DNA of 63,974 nucleotides, the filler included, from an uncultured Myxococcia bacterium (GTDB lineage: Bacteria; CAZTWC01): the NCBI GenBank assembly GCA_964617105.1. It is 7 parts of 7 records of this genome, joined end to end, with 100 filler letters (N's around TTAATTAATTAA, not from the genome) between each part and the next. Parts side by side here need not be neighbours in the genome. Positions count along the whole stretch, not along the records: positions 46,934 to 56,119 come from CAZTWC010000145.1; positions 56,220 to 63,974 come from CAZTWC010000173.1; 5 more parts are not named here. One strand, 5' to 3'. This document shows, in pieces, positions 51,075-61,006 of this stretch. Both the position numbers and the translations under genes were made by a program. The notes beneath the pieces are model-generated. The model was given only the letters and a program-made list of their open reading frames with translations, did no database searches and was not told where the DNA came from. Each line of letters opens with the position of its first letter. Positions within the stretch are counted from its first letter, which is position 1.

Positions 51075-51893
51075 CTAACTTTTCTGACAGGCTGGACAAT
51101 AGTAGGTTCCCCTACCTGCCACTTTTATTTTACAGATGGAAGTTTGACATCTGCAACAGGGTTTTCCTTCCTGCTTATAGACTTCAAGCTCCAGCTGGTA
51201 CCTGCCCTTAATGCCGCTGGCAGTCACGTAATCAGAAAAAGTTGTGCCTTGCGCCAGGATGGCCTGCTGCAGTACATTTTTTATCGTTGCTAATAAAGAT
51301 CCAACTTCCTCTTTCGTTAAATCACAAGACTTAGCCAATGGTGAAAGTCTCTCCTTGTGTAAAACTTCATCCACATAGATATTGCCCAGGCCGGCAATTA
51401 CTTTTTGATCCAATAGCGATGCTTTCAGACATTTTTTCTTTTTTGAAAGATTTTTAAACAGAGTATCTTCATCCATCTGCAGAGCATCTTGGGCCAAACC
51501 TTTTTTTAAAACATAATTTTCATATTCTTTTTGGCCAATTAACTCAAAACGACCGAATTTACGCACATCGCGATAAACCAGGGTTTGCGTCAAAGATTTA
51601 AACCTGAATTCCAGGTGAACATGCTTGTCGTTGTCCTTTTTATGAGTAAAAAATAACTGCCCGGTCATTCTCAGGTGAAGCACAATGATTTTATGGTTTT
51701 GCAAATGAATAAAGATATACTTACCCAACCTGGTAATATCAAAAACAACTTGCTGACTTACGTTTTTAAAAAAAAAATTTGAACCGTTTATTATGATTTT
51801 TGAATAATAAATCTCCACCGTTAAAATACGCTGTCCCAAAATCCGTTCCCGTAACCCCCTGACAATTGTTTCCACTTCCGGTAACTCAGGCAT
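51075..51893 (-). CDS. mutM: Formamidopyrimidine-DNA glycosylase
   Basis: 'MPELPEVE', 'HLRMTG', 'GLGNIY', C-terminal zinc finger. Confidence 0.97.
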   Translation of the reverse strand: MPELPEVETIVRGLRERILGQRILTVEIYYSKIIINGSNFFFKNVSQQVVFDITRLGKYIFIHLQNHKIIVLHLRMTGQLFFTHKKDNDKHVHLEFRFKSLTQTLVYRDVRKFGRFELIGQKEYENYVLKKGLAQDALQMDEDTLFKNLSKKKKCLKASLLDQKVIAGLGNIYVDEVLHKERLSPLAKSCDLTKEEVGSLLATIKNVLQQAILAQGTTFSDYVTASGIKGRYQLELEVYKQEGKPCCRCQTSICKIKVAGRGTYYCPACQKS

Positions 51894-51918
51894 CCTTGCT
51901 TTGCATCCTATGGGTAGA

Positions 51919-52416
51919 TTAGAGTGTGCTATTTATACTTGTCATTAGGTTCATAATAAATCCTATGTGATTCATTTCCTGCCTGATTATCATTTTTACT
52001 TCGTTTTGGCCCCAGTCTTCTGGGATAATCTCTTTTAGGGTAGTAAAAAATACTATGGCGTCTTTTTCTTTTTGGATGGCAATGTCCAAAATTTCTAAAA
52101 TATCTGTTTTATCAGTTAAAATTTTTGTGGGATCTTCCTTAACTTTAAATATTTTATCGTCAGCAATGGCGTTTAGGTACATAAGCATATATTCATCTGG
52201 ATCGTAACTGGTTGACGATTCTTTTGCCTGAAATTCTTGACACATTTTGGCAAAAGTTTTTTCATGTTCGTCTTCCATTGCCGCCAAATCTAAAAGGAAT
52301 TTCTGGGCACTTTCATCGGCTGCTATTTCAGCCGCTTTTCGGTAAAATTTGGCGCCATTTCGTTCTATTTGTTCAGCAATTTTAAGAATTTCATACGCAT
52401 TGAATTTTTTTGTCAT
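51919..52416 (-). CDS. Ferritin-like/rubrerythrin family protein
   Basis: 'AEQIERNGAKFY', 'EDEH', 'EKDAIVFF', 'EMNH'. Confidence 0.85.
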   Translation of the reverse strand: MTKKFNAYEILKIAEQIERNGAKFYRKAAEIAADESAQKFLLDLAAMEDEHEKTFAKMCQEFQAKESSTSYDPDEYMLMYLNAIADDKIFKVKEDPTKILTDKTDILEILDIAIQKEKDAIVFFTTLKEIIPEDWGQNEVKMIIRQEMNHIGFIMNLMTSINSTL

Positions 52417-52421
52417 TATAT

Positions 52422-52796
52422 TTATCCTTTCCATAGGCCATGCAGGTTGCAATAGGCCCGGGCAAAGCAGCCTCCTAATGTTACTTCGAACAGGGCTTCT
52501 GGTTTTTCACCTGGTTTAAAAAATTTTCGGTATACGGCATTCCCGGTAACAAGTTCCACCCACTCGATGTAGTGTTTTTCTTCCATGGGATGGGAGACGC
52601 TGCCCACTTTAACCAAAATACCATTATCAGTTTTTTCCATCACCGGGATATGTTTTTCCTTTACTGCATCCACTGTGTTTTCTACATAGAGATTCATGGC
52701 TTCACCGCAACAGGTTAACTGGCCTTTGCCGGGATGAAGCATTTCAACGATGTTGCCGCATAATTCGCATTTGTATACCTCGAAACGATTGGTCAT
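52422..52796 (-). CDS. dfx: Desulfoferrodoxin (superoxide reductase)
   Basis: 'CELCGN…CCG', 'EKH.P', 'HPM..KHYI', 'CNLHGLW'. Confidence 0.95.
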   Translation of the reverse strand: MTNRFEVYKCELCGNIVEMLHPGKGQLTCCGEAMNLYVENTVDAVKEKHIPVMEKTDNGILVKVGSVSHPMEEKHYIEWVELVTGNAVYRKFFKPGEKPEALFEVTLGGCFARAYCNLHGLWKG

Positions 52797-52823
52797 TTTA
52801 TATCTCCTTATTACATTGTTAAT

Positions 52824-53669
52824 TTACAGTTGAAATTCCATTCCGGAAGATAAAGCGAAACACTCCAGATTAGAACTATGGTCTTTTATTATTGATTGGC
52901 AATCTTGCACTATTTTATCCAATTCATTATCAGTTCTTTCCTGGTTATGGTGAAAAAGGCCAAATTTTTTAACTCCCGCCTCTAGAGCAAGGTTTAAAGC
53001 ATCATTGTACACTGAGTGCCCCCAGGTTTTAGTCAATTTATACTCTTCTCTTTTAAACTCGGTATCATGGATTAAAAAATCTGCGCCGCGGGAAAATTCT
53101 ACATAATCATGATAATCAAGTCCCCCAGGGTGTTTATAGGTCAGTTCATTATCAGTGAGGAAAACAAATGATTTGCCATTTTCGACAAATTTATAACCCA
53201 TGCCCTTATTGGGATGGCTCAACATAATTGGAGTTACTGTTACGGTATCAATGCTAAAACTTTCTTTAATATTGCAAGACTGGTTGTAAGAAATATTTGC
53301 ACTAATATCTTCATATTTTACAGGAAAATAAGGCGGTTCCATGGAACCTGAAACTATTTGTTTGATCGCTCGCCGGGCAAATGGACAACCAAACATGGAA
53401 ATTTCTGTTTTACTGAAATAAATCGGTTTAAAAAAACCAAAACCCAGAATATGATCCCAATGTGAATGAGTAAAAATGAGTGTAAACTTTAATCGTTTCT
53501 CTTTTAAAAGAAGATTGCCTAATTTTCTGATACCGGAGCCGGCATCAATAATTATGATCTCATTGTTCTTTGTCCTTATTTCAAGGCAGGTTGAATCACC
53601 TCCATATTTAAGGTATTCTTTTCCGGAAACTGGTATGGAACCACGTGCTCCCCAGCATCTGATAAGCAT
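52824..53669 (-). CDS. MBL-fold metallo-hydrolase
   Basis: 'WGARGSIP…YGGDSTC', 'THSHWDH', 'WGHS', 'FHH'. Confidence 0.9.
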   Translation of the reverse strand: MLIRCWGARGSIPVSGKEYLKYGGDSTCLEIRTKNNEIIIIDAGSGIRKLGNLLLKEKRLKFTLIFTHSHWDHILGFGFFKPIYFSKTEISMFGCPFARRAIKQIVSGSMEPPYFPVKYEDISANISYNQSCNIKESFSIDTVTVTPIMLSHPNKGMGYKFVENGKSFVFLTDNELTYKHPGGLDYHDYVEFSRGADFLIHDTEFKREEYKLTKTWGHSVYNDALNLALEAGVKKFGLFHHNQERTDNELDKIVQDCQSIIKDHSSNLECFALSSGMEFQL

Positions 53670-53694
53670 ATCCAATCTCTCCTACTATATATCT

Positions 53695-53724
53695 AAAAAA
53701 AAGCGGGCTATTATAAAGCCCGCT
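53695..53724 (-). terminator. Intrinsic terminator after tRNA-Met
   Basis: agcgggct…agcccgct stem followed by a T run on the minus strand. Confidence 0.8.
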
Positions 53725-53730
53725 CTATAC

Positions 53731-53807
53731 TGGTGGCGATGCAGGGAATTGAACCCCGGACACTACGGATATGAGCCGTATGCTCTAACCATCTGAGCTA
53801 CATCGCC
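53731..53807 (-). tRNA. tRNA-Met (CAT), elongator type
   Basis: GGCGATG acceptor stem, D arm, TACGG-CTCATAT-CCGTA anticodon arm, TTCAATT T loop, encoded CCA. Confidence 0.95.
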
Positions 53808-53961
53808 AAAACGATAGCGATTTTATCCGATCATTTTTTCTTTTGCAAGCGAAAAAGACAGATTGAAATTTGCGGTCTGATCAGGATATAATGAATCCTT
53901 AATAATATAAAGAATTTCTGGTAGTTCATGTTCGGAGAATTTGCCAGACAATGGGTCGTAT

Positions 53962-55140
53962 ATGAAAAAAATACTATCAGGATTAGACCGGTTAAAACTT
54001 AGCCAGTTTCAGCCCTTTAAGGGGTTGAAATTGGGCTTGATATCAAACAGCACCGGCGTGGATTGCCATTTGAACCTTCTGGTGGATCTGCTAAGGCAAT
54101 ATTGCCCCGGCAGTTTACAGGTGGTTTTTGCGCCAGAGCATGGTTTTTTTGGTGCTGCCCAGGATATGGAAGAGGTGGATCATAAGATGGATCCGCTAGA
54201 GGGCATCAAAGTGGTCAGCCTGTACGGCAACACTTTTGATAGCTTAAAACCCTCTTTAAAAGATCTGCAGGGCCTGGATGCTCTGCTGTTTGATATCCAG
54301 GATGTGGGCAGCCGTTACTATACTTTTGCCAACACCATGGCTCTGGCTATGGAGGCGGCCAGGGACGCTGGTTTGCGCTTTTTTGTTTTGGACCGGCCCA
54401 ATCCCATCAATGGCGGCCAGGTCGAGGGCAATATGGTAAAAAAAGGTTTTGAATCATTTGTGGGCATGTTTCCCATTGCCAACCGCCACGGTATGACCCT
54501 GGGAGAGATGGCTGAGATGTTCAACCAACAATTTGAGATCAATTGCGCTCTGGAAGTTTTTTGGATGGAGGGCTATACCCGGCAGATGTGGTTTGAGCAG
54601 ACCGGTTTGCCCTGGGTTATGCCTTCGCCCAATATGCCCACCCTTAAGACCGCTATTGTCTATCCTGGCATGTGTTTGCTGGAAGGGACCAACCTGTCTG
54701 AGGGACGCGGGACCACCCGTCCCTTTGAACTTTTTGGTGCTCCCTATATTGACCCCTTTTTGTTGACTGGGGAACTAAACCGCCTAAAATTGCCCCAATG
54801 TGTTTTTCGCCCCCTCTATTTTAAACCCACTTTTCAAAAATGGGGCGGACAGATATGCGGCGGTGCTCAACTGCACCTTTTAAATCGGGAACAATTTCAA
54901 CCGCTGGTCACTGGATTGGCAGTGATTCATACAGTTTATAACCTCTATCCGGACCAGTTTGAATGGCGCCGGGAAGCCTATGAATTTGTGGATAAAATTC
55001 CGGCCATAGACCTGCTTTTTGGCAATCAGGAGATCCGGAAACAGATAGAGAGTCACCGGCCTTTGCCCGGGATAATCGAGATGATCCAGGCAGAAACAGA
55101 CCAGTTTTTGAGCATGAGAAAAGAGTTTTTACACTATTGA
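53962..55140 (+). CDS. DUF1343 / NamZ exo-beta-N-acetylmuramidase family
   Basis: 'FAPEHG', 'FDIQDVGSRYYTF', 'LDRPNP', 'HGMTLGE', 'PSPN', 'SEGRGTT.PFE'. Confidence 0.92.
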   Translation: MKKILSGLDRLKLSQFQPFKGLKLGLISNSTGVDCHLNLLVDLLRQYCPGSLQVVFAPEHGFFGAAQDMEEVDHKMDPLEGIKVVSLYGNTFDSLKPSLKDLQGLDALLFDIQDVGSRYYTFANTMALAMEAARDAGLRFFVLDRPNPINGGQVEGNMVKKGFESFVGMFPIANRHGMTLGEMAEMFNQQFEINCALEVFWMEGYTRQMWFEQTGLPWVMPSPNMPTLKTAIVYPGMCLLEGTNLSEGRGTTRPFELFGAPYIDPFLLTGELNRLKLPQCVFRPLYFKPTFQKWGGQICGGAQLHLLNREQFQPLVTGLAVIHTVYNLYPDQFEWRREAYEFVDKIPAIDLLFGNQEIRKQIESHRPLPGIIEMIQAETDQFLSMRKEFLHY

Positions 55141-55210
55141 AGAGTATTTATTCATGTTGGAGAACAGACCATATTTCAATTGGGAGTAAAAGGGGGCTAA
55201 CCGAGACAGT

Positions 55211-55792
55211 ATGAACCAGCACGTATCACTTTTTGGCGGCTCCTTTGATCCGCCCCACATTGGCCATCAGATGGTGTGTACCTGGCTGCTGGAGGTGGAC
55301 TTGGCGGATCAGGTCTGGATGCTTCCCTGCTTCAAACACCCCTTTGGTAAGGAGATGGTTTCGTTTAATCAGCGCGTGGAGATGTGTAGTTTGCTGGCCC
55401 AGCCTTTGGGAGATAAAGTCAGAGTTTGCCAGGTGGAAAAAGAGTTGGATGGGGTCAGTTATACAGTGGATACCATAGAGTATCTACTAAAACAGTACCC
55501 ACATTTTCAATTTAATCTGGTAATCGGCACCGATATTCTGGCTGAAACCGAGAAATGGAAAGATTTTGACCGTATCCGCAATATGGTAAAGGTAGTGGAG
55601 GTCAACCGGGGTGGAGAAGATTCTCAAAAATTTTCTGCCGGCCCCATTTTTCCCCGGGTGAGTTCCACAGATATCAGGGAGATGTTTGCTCGCCAGGATC
55701 AGAGCGTGTCTCTATTTTTACCGGCCCGGGTAGGTGATTATATCCGCAGGAACCACCTTTATCTAAAGGGATGGGGTAAACGGGAGGAATAA
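55211..55792 (+). CDS. nadD: Nicotinate-nucleotide adenylyltransferase
   Basis: 'FGGSFDPPHIGH', 'SYTVDT', 'IGTD', 'VSSTDIR'. Confidence 0.92.
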   Translation: MNQHVSLFGGSFDPPHIGHQMVCTWLLEVDLADQVWMLPCFKHPFGKEMVSFNQRVEMCSLLAQPLGDKVRVCQVEKELDGVSYTVDTIEYLLKQYPHFQFNLVIGTDILAETEKWKDFDRIRNMVKVVEVNRGGEDSQKFSAGPIFPRVSSTDIREMFARQDQSVSLFLPARVGDYIRRNHLYLKGWGKREE

Positions 55793-55801
55793 TATCGCCT
55801 G

Positions 55802-56047
55802 ATGAAAAAATACCAACTGTATATCCTAAAATGCCACGATGGCTCACTATACACCGGCATCACCAGCGATCTCAAAAGGAGACTGGCCAAACACGCCGAT
55901 GGTAAGGGGTCTAAGTATGTCCGCTCGCGGCTGCCCTTTGAGTTGGTTCACTTGGAATCATTTCAGGACAAATCCCAGGCCATGAAAAAGGAATATGTGG
56001 TCAAGAAAATGAAAAGAAAAGAGAAGTTGCAATTGATTGCGGAATAA
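55802..56047 (+). CDS. GIY-YIG nuclease (UPF0213)
   Basis: 'YILKC.DGSLYTGIT.DL.RR..H..G.GSKY', 'A.K.E'. Confidence 0.9.
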   Translation: MKKYQLYILKCHDGSLYTGITSDLKRRLAKHADGKGSKYVRSRLPFELVHLESFQDKSQAMKKEYVVKKMKRKEKLQLIAE

Positions 56048-56119
56048 ACCAACAGAGCCAATCTTGTCCAGGATCCCAAGAGTAATCAATAGTTGCTTCA
56101 CCCCATCCAATCTTGACTA

Positions 56120-56219
56120 NNNNNNNNNNNNNNNNNNNNNNNNNNNNNNNNNNNNNNNNNNNNTTAATTAATTAANNNNNNNNNNNNNNNNNNNNNNNNN
56201 NNNNNNNNNNNNNNNNNNN
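56120..56219. other. Artificial contig spacer
   Basis: N run with TTAATTAATTAA. Confidence 0.97.
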
Positions 56220-56220
56220 A

Positions 56221-57264
56221 AGTTATCAATTCTCATCCTCTGACAAGAAAATCAAACCCAAAAATGTTAAAGCCAGGGGAAAAATGCCGGGTACGGCAGT
56301 TAAACCTAAAGTAAAGGTTCCACCCTCTCCGGGTGAAATTATGGGAATAGTGATGGCTGCCAAAGATAATAAACCGGCAAAGGGCGCTACGGTAACTCCC
56401 ATGGGGTATAAGGGACGGACAGTACAGGTTAACCAGAAAGGATACTTTTCTCTTCCCCATTTAAAGTCTGGAAAAATCACTCTGAAATTTGATGGGCATT
56501 CCTATCTTCCCACCAAGATCTTCCGCCAGGTTAAACCAGGTAAAAAGAGCCATATTACAGTTGAATTGGCGTTAAAAAAACCGGTCCCCGGAGAGATCCA
56601 TTTACTGGCTGAGAATGACAAAGGAAAAAAACTAACCGGTAAAGTAACTATAAAATGGCTCCAAAAAACGAGTAAAACCGATAAAAAGCCCCCCCTAAGT
56701 TTTAGTTTCAAAGGAGAGTTGACTCTCAAATTACAGCCTGGTGAATACCAATTGATCCTGATCCCGGAGAAGTATCCGCCCTGGCAGCAAATATTTTCCT
56801 TAAAGGCTGGTGAAAAAAGCCGTTTTATTTTTAAATACAGCCTGAAAACCGAAAAGAAAATTGTTACCAAAACAGTAAAAATCGATATTAAGAAATCAAA
56901 AATCGAATTATCGGGGAAAATCCATTTTTTAACCGGTTTAGACACTATAATGCCCGACTCCAAGTCTATCCTGGATGACCTGGCAAAAACCTTACACGAA
57001 CATCCGGAAATCCTCAAAATAAGAGTTGATGGTCACACCGACAACCGGGGGAAACGAAAATTTAACCTTAAATTATCTAAAAAAAGGGCTACGGCGGTTA
57101 AAAATTATCTGGCTAAAAAGGGGATTGTTATCTCCAGGCTGGACAGCAAAGGTTATGGACCAGATTTTCCAGTGGCCAGTAATGCCAGCAAAAATGGCCG
57201 GGAAAAAAACCGGAGGGTTGAATTTACTATTTTAAAGCTGAAACCCTCTGGTCTTGCTAAATAA
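56221..57264 (+). CDS. OmpA-family peptidoglycan-binding protein with carboxypeptidase-regulatory-like beta domains (5' partial)
   Basis: 'GHTDNRG…NLKLS.KRA.AV', 'GYG', 'NRRVEF'. Confidence 0.88.
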   Translation, partial: SYQFSSSDKKIKPKNVKARGKMPGTAVKPKVKVPPSPGEIMGIVMAAKDNKPAKGATVTPMGYKGRTVQVNQKGYFSLPHLKSGKITLKFDGHSYLPTKIFRQVKPGKKSHITVELALKKPVPGEIHLLAENDKGKKLTGKVTIKWLQKTSKTDKKPPLSFSFKGELTLKLQPGEYQLILIPEKYPPWQQIFSLKAGEKSRFIFKYSLKTEKKIVTKTVKIDIKKSKIELSGKIHFLTGLDTIMPDSKSILDDLAKTLHEHPEILKIRVDGHTDNRGKRKFNLKLSKKRATAVKNYLAKKGIVISRLDSKGYGPDFPVASNASKNGREKNRRVEFTILKLKPSGLAK

Positions 57265-57288
57265 TTCTGCTTGTATTATACTTTTTAA

Positions 57289-58128
57289 ATGCTAATACGA
57301 TGTCCAAAATGCCAAAAAGTATTCATCCAAGAGGTGAATGACGATGATCAAACCGCAGATTGCCCCCAGTGCAATTTCTCGGTGCCATTTAAAAGTGATG
57401 AGCCCAAACCGGTTGAAGTCACCGAAACGGATATAGATGAAAAACGAAAAAAAATATCCGCCTATAAAAAAGTATTCCACCAACTGCGCAAAGAAGCGAT
57501 TCGACCGCTATGGGAAGTAAAGGACCGGTACGGAATATTGACCCGGTTTGTAAATACCTGGAAGCAAGTGGTTACCTCACCCAACCAGTTTTTCTACCAC
57601 CTGCCCTCCGATGAAAGCAAAGGAGTACTATCCTTTGGAGTTATTTTACTCTGCCTGGTGTGTGTCTTCTACGGGATAATTAGTATTGTCACCATGCCTC
57701 CCTTTGAAGAGTTTGCCCGACAAGTGGGCCAGATCAAACCAGATATGCTTAATTATCCCTGGTTTAACCAGGATTTTTTTCGCACCATTTATCTTTACCA
57801 GATTCTCCTCTCTCCAATCATATCCTTTGTGGCCATCTATATTTTTGCCGGTCTTTATCATATTGGCCTAATGATGCTTAACGCCAACCACCGGGGGTAC
57901 AACGGCACTTTCCGGGTAACGGTTTACGGTTTTGCCCCCATATTGCTGGTTTGCCTCCCCAGTTGCCTGGGATCTATTGGACTTGTCTGGGCAATTTCTT
58001 TGCATATAATCGGTATTTCCCGCTTCCACCGTTTACAGCCAGCGGTGGCACTTTTGGCAGTTTTGGTGCCATTGCTCTCACTTTTTTGCTTTCTCAGTTC
58101 ATTTATGGGAAGCATCCTTAAATTATAG
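57289..58128 (+). CDS. YIP1-family membrane protein with N-terminal zinc ribbon
   Basis: 'CPKC…CPQC', 'P..FF', five TM segments, 'TFRV..Y'. Confidence 0.75.
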   Translation: MLIRCPKCQKVFIQEVNDDDQTADCPQCNFSVPFKSDEPKPVEVTETDIDEKRKKISAYKKVFHQLRKEAIRPLWEVKDRYGILTRFVNTWKQVVTSPNQFFYHLPSDESKGVLSFGVILLCLVCVFYGIISIVTMPPFEEFARQVGQIKPDMLNYPWFNQDFFRTIYLYQILLSPIISFVAIYIFAGLYHIGLMMLNANHRGYNGTFRVTVYGFAPILLVCLPSCLGSIGLVWAISLHIIGISRFHRLQPAVALLAVLVPLLSLFCFLSSFMGSILKL

Positions 58129-58144
58129 GAGGTTATGAAGGCAG

Positions 58145-59110
58145 ATGGAAAAAGAATTTGAACAGATTTTGAGCCAGGCTTACAGCCTGCAAAATCTTCT
58201 GAAACCTTTGCTGAATTTTACTGTTCACCAGGTTAAGGCCAAAGAGAGTTCTATCTTTATTATTGATAATGAGGAGGGAATTTTAGAAATTTTTATCTCC
58301 TCTCCCCAAAAGGGATTCAGAGATTTCAGCATCCCCTTTGACCAGCCTTTGACGCCCACGGACGAAAGGGAGGAAGTAAAGAAGGATTCAGTTTCTTTGG
58401 AAAAAAGGGAAAAAATTGAAAGCGAAGAGCAGGATAATACTTCCCTTAGCCTGCCTTTAAAAGTTGATGAAACTGTAATTGGTATGCTGCACCTGAAAAA
58501 AGATACCCACCGCCAATTTAGCCAGCAGGATATGGATTTGTTGGGGCGGCATCTTATGGAGGTGGCTAATACCCTGGAAAAAACCCGTCAAAACGAGATA
58601 GAGGCCCGGCGGGTATCAATGCTTTTTGAACAGATATCATCTTTTTCCACCCTGGCCAAACTTTTGCAAAAAAAATGGGATTTACCAACAGTTTTAGAGC
58701 ATCTTTTAAGTTCATTAAATACCGTAATGCAGTCGGATCTATCCTATATCGCCTTGCCCAACAAAAAAGGTCAATTAGAGATGTACGCTTCCTTTGGTAT
58801 GGAATCGAAAGATCAATTCTCTATGTTCCCCTATTCTCTGGAATCTCAATTAGCGCAAAAATGCTACACCCAGGGGCAAATGTTGATTGTAAATAGTGAG
58901 AATGAGCCCTCGGGTCAGATGTTAAATCGGGATCTGGAAAACACGCCCCTAATCTACATGCCGCTGGAGTTTAACCATAATATAATCGGAGTTATGGCGG
59001 TTTTGGAAAAAAGAAAGGGGCTGTTCAACACGAACTGGTTTTATAATTTTATGGAGTCCATAGCACCTATGGCGGCAATGTTTATTTGTTTCAACCGCAA
59101 CTCCGAATAG
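58145..59110 (+). CDS. Tandem GAF-domain protein without an output domain
   Basis: Two GAF-like repeats ('LPLKVDETVIGML…FSQQD' and 'MPLEFNHNIIGVM'). Confidence 0.7.
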   Translation: MEKEFEQILSQAYSLQNLLKPLLNFTVHQVKAKESSIFIIDNEEGILEIFISSPQKGFRDFSIPFDQPLTPTDEREEVKKDSVSLEKREKIESEEQDNTSLSLPLKVDETVIGMLHLKKDTHRQFSQQDMDLLGRHLMEVANTLEKTRQNEIEARRVSMLFEQISSFSTLAKLLQKKWDLPTVLEHLLSSLNTVMQSDLSYIALPNKKGQLEMYASFGMESKDQFSMFPYSLESQLAQKCYTQGQMLIVNSENEPSGQMLNRDLENTPLIYMPLEFNHNIIGVMAVLEKRKGLFNTNWFYNFMESIAPMAAMFICFNRNSE

Positions 59111-59121
59111 AGGTGATACTT

Positions 59122-60525
59122 ATGAAACCTAAACTTTTTTTGATGTTAATACCCCTGTTAATCATAATTCTATCCTGTATAAACCTTGGTTGCGAAACCG
59201 AAGAAGATATCAGCGCCAGGAAACCTGGCATCACAATTAATCCTGAGAGTGTGGACTTTGGCGATGTTCCTACCGGAGTAATCAGGGAAAAAAAGGTCGA
59301 GATATCCAATACCGGCATCTCGATATTAAGAGATATCCAACTTCTGCAGGATCCACAGGAGAAGAACGACAATTTTTCCCTGGATATCAACTCCCTGGCT
59401 CAAGTGGCTCCCACGGTGAAGAAAACTTTTATAATTAGTTACCACCCCAAGGAGGAGAAGGAGGAAAAAACCTCTATCCTGGTCCGTAGTAATGATACTA
59501 ATCGCCCTGAAGTCAAGATAGAGGTGCGCGGGAAAGGGGTTAAACCGGCTCTTACCATCACTCCCAATCCAGTAGATTTTGGCAAGGTAACTATTGGTGA
59601 AAGCAAATCAGTTGGAATATCGGTGGAAAATACCGGTAATTTCGCCGTCACCCTGAAAGATCTGCGCTTTGTCAAACAGATGGATGACATTGCCATTATC
59701 CGTGGAGATGACCTCAAAGGTTATACCCTGGAGATGGGCGAACGGGAGTCGATTATCTTTGAATATAGTCCTGACCAGGGTGAAGAGGACACCAACACCT
59801 TTGAAATCGAAACCGATATTGTGGGGGATTCCATTTTCAAAGTTCTATTAAAAGGGGTGGGCGTGGCGCCTAAAATAGAAATAGATCCGGCCCGGCTGGA
59901 GTTCAAAGCCACCAAGGTGGGCCAGGTGATTGAGAAAAAATTTCGTATTACTAATAGTGGTAACTCCCAATTAGAAGTAGATGCCATTAAATTTATCGGC
60001 AGCGGAAACCAGCAGGAGTTTTTCCTGGATATCCCTACCCTTCCTATCCCCATTGCGGCTGGAAAATCATCAGAGATAAAAGTTAGTTACAAGCCCCTGG
60101 ACCATATCCCCGACCAGGCAGATCTAGATGTAAATAGCAACGATCCCTTAAGAAGAACCAGCATGGTACGACTTATCGGCGATATACCTCATCCAAGAAT
60201 CGAGTTGGATACCAACCGGGCTGACGTTGAATTGCGAGGAGTGCTGACCGATACTGATATCGAAATTGATATTACCAATGCTGGTAATGCCACTTTGAAA
60301 GTGGAGAAGGTGGAATTTGTTCAACCCAACTCCACCAAGGCCTGCCTGGGATTTTCACTGGTTTCCCCTACCCTGCCCAAAGAGGTTGAAGCCCAAAAAA
60401 CCGAAACATTTACCATCCATTTTACCGGCGAGAACAAAGGAGACTACGACTGTGAGGTAAAATTTCACAGCAATGATCCAGTAACTCCAGAGGTAAAAGT
60501 TACTATCAATTTGAAGAGGACCTGA
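59122..60525 (+). CDS. Lipoprotein with four choice-of-anchor D / ASH-like Ig repeats
   Basis: Lipobox-like Cys and repeated 'P..VDFG.V…I.N.G…SND' units. Confidence 0.8.
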   Translation: MKPKLFLMLIPLLIIILSCINLGCETEEDISARKPGITINPESVDFGDVPTGVIREKKVEISNTGISILRDIQLLQDPQEKNDNFSLDINSLAQVAPTVKKTFIISYHPKEEKEEKTSILVRSNDTNRPEVKIEVRGKGVKPALTITPNPVDFGKVTIGESKSVGISVENTGNFAVTLKDLRFVKQMDDIAIIRGDDLKGYTLEMGERESIIFEYSPDQGEEDTNTFEIETDIVGDSIFKVLLKGVGVAPKIEIDPARLEFKATKVGQVIEKKFRITNSGNSQLEVDAIKFIGSGNQQEFFLDIPTLPIPIAAGKSSEIKVSYKPLDHIPDQADLDVNSNDPLRRTSMVRLIGDIPHPRIELDTNRADVELRGVLTDTDIEIDITNAGNATLKVEKVEFVQPNSTKACLGFSLVSPTLPKEVEAQKTETFTIHFTGENKGDYDCEVKFHSNDPVTPEVKVTINLKRT

Positions 60526-60526
60526 T

Positions 60527-61006
60527 ATGGAAAATATATTTACTGAACCCCGAGATTCCCGGCGTCTGGAAGTAAAATTTCCATTGTCCTTCTCCTTTTT
60601 ATCAGAAGATAGTCAGGAAAGAGAATATATAGCCAATACTACTGATTTCAGTGCTACTGGACTTGGATTAACCATGGATCATAGCCAAAAATCTGCCTTT
60701 CTACGAATATCTGAGGGTGATACACATCTCTCTTTGAATTTGATGAACCAGCAGGAGCAAAAAGAATCTATTAAATTCAAAGGCCGGGTGGTATGGCAAC
60801 AGACCATCATCAGGGAGGAGAGCGATCCCCGCAACTTGATGTATATCGATGTTGGTATCAGTGTGGTTAAAAATGTAACCTACCTGCTGGGAATTGAGAT
60901 TGTAGAAATTGAGCCGGAAGTTAAAGAAAAACTCTATCAGCGGATAAGTGCAGAGATCAAAATGTCGTCGCTTAAAAAACCAATAACCGGCGCGGAGAAA
61001 CAGTGA
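60527..61006 (+). CDS. PilZ domain protein
   Basis: RxxxR ('RDSRR') and DxSxxG ('DFSATG'). Confidence 0.8.
   Translation: MENIFTEPRDSRRLEVKFPLSFSFLSEDSQEREYIANTTDFSATGLGLTMDHSQKSAFLRISEGDTHLSLNLMNQQEQKESIKFKGRVVWQQTIIREESDPRNLMYIDVGISVVKNVTYLLGIEIVEIEPEVKEKLYQRISAEIKMSSLKKPITGAEKQ

Noticed and set aside
53476-53796. 106-aa ORF overlapping the MBL gene and tRNA
   Set aside because: Antisense shadow of tRNA-Met and the MBL gene.
48991-53807. Possible island integrated at tRNA-Met
   Set aside because: No integrase and no duplicated tRNA 3' end found. The cargo includes core genes such as mutM.
55802-56047. GIY-YIG nuclease as a mobile or homing element
   Set aside because: Short UPF0213 housekeeping type with no intron or mobile context.
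9332-56219. TTAATTAATTAA repeated about every 9.3 kb within N runs
   Set aside because: Artificial contig linkers. Adjacency across them has no biological meaning.
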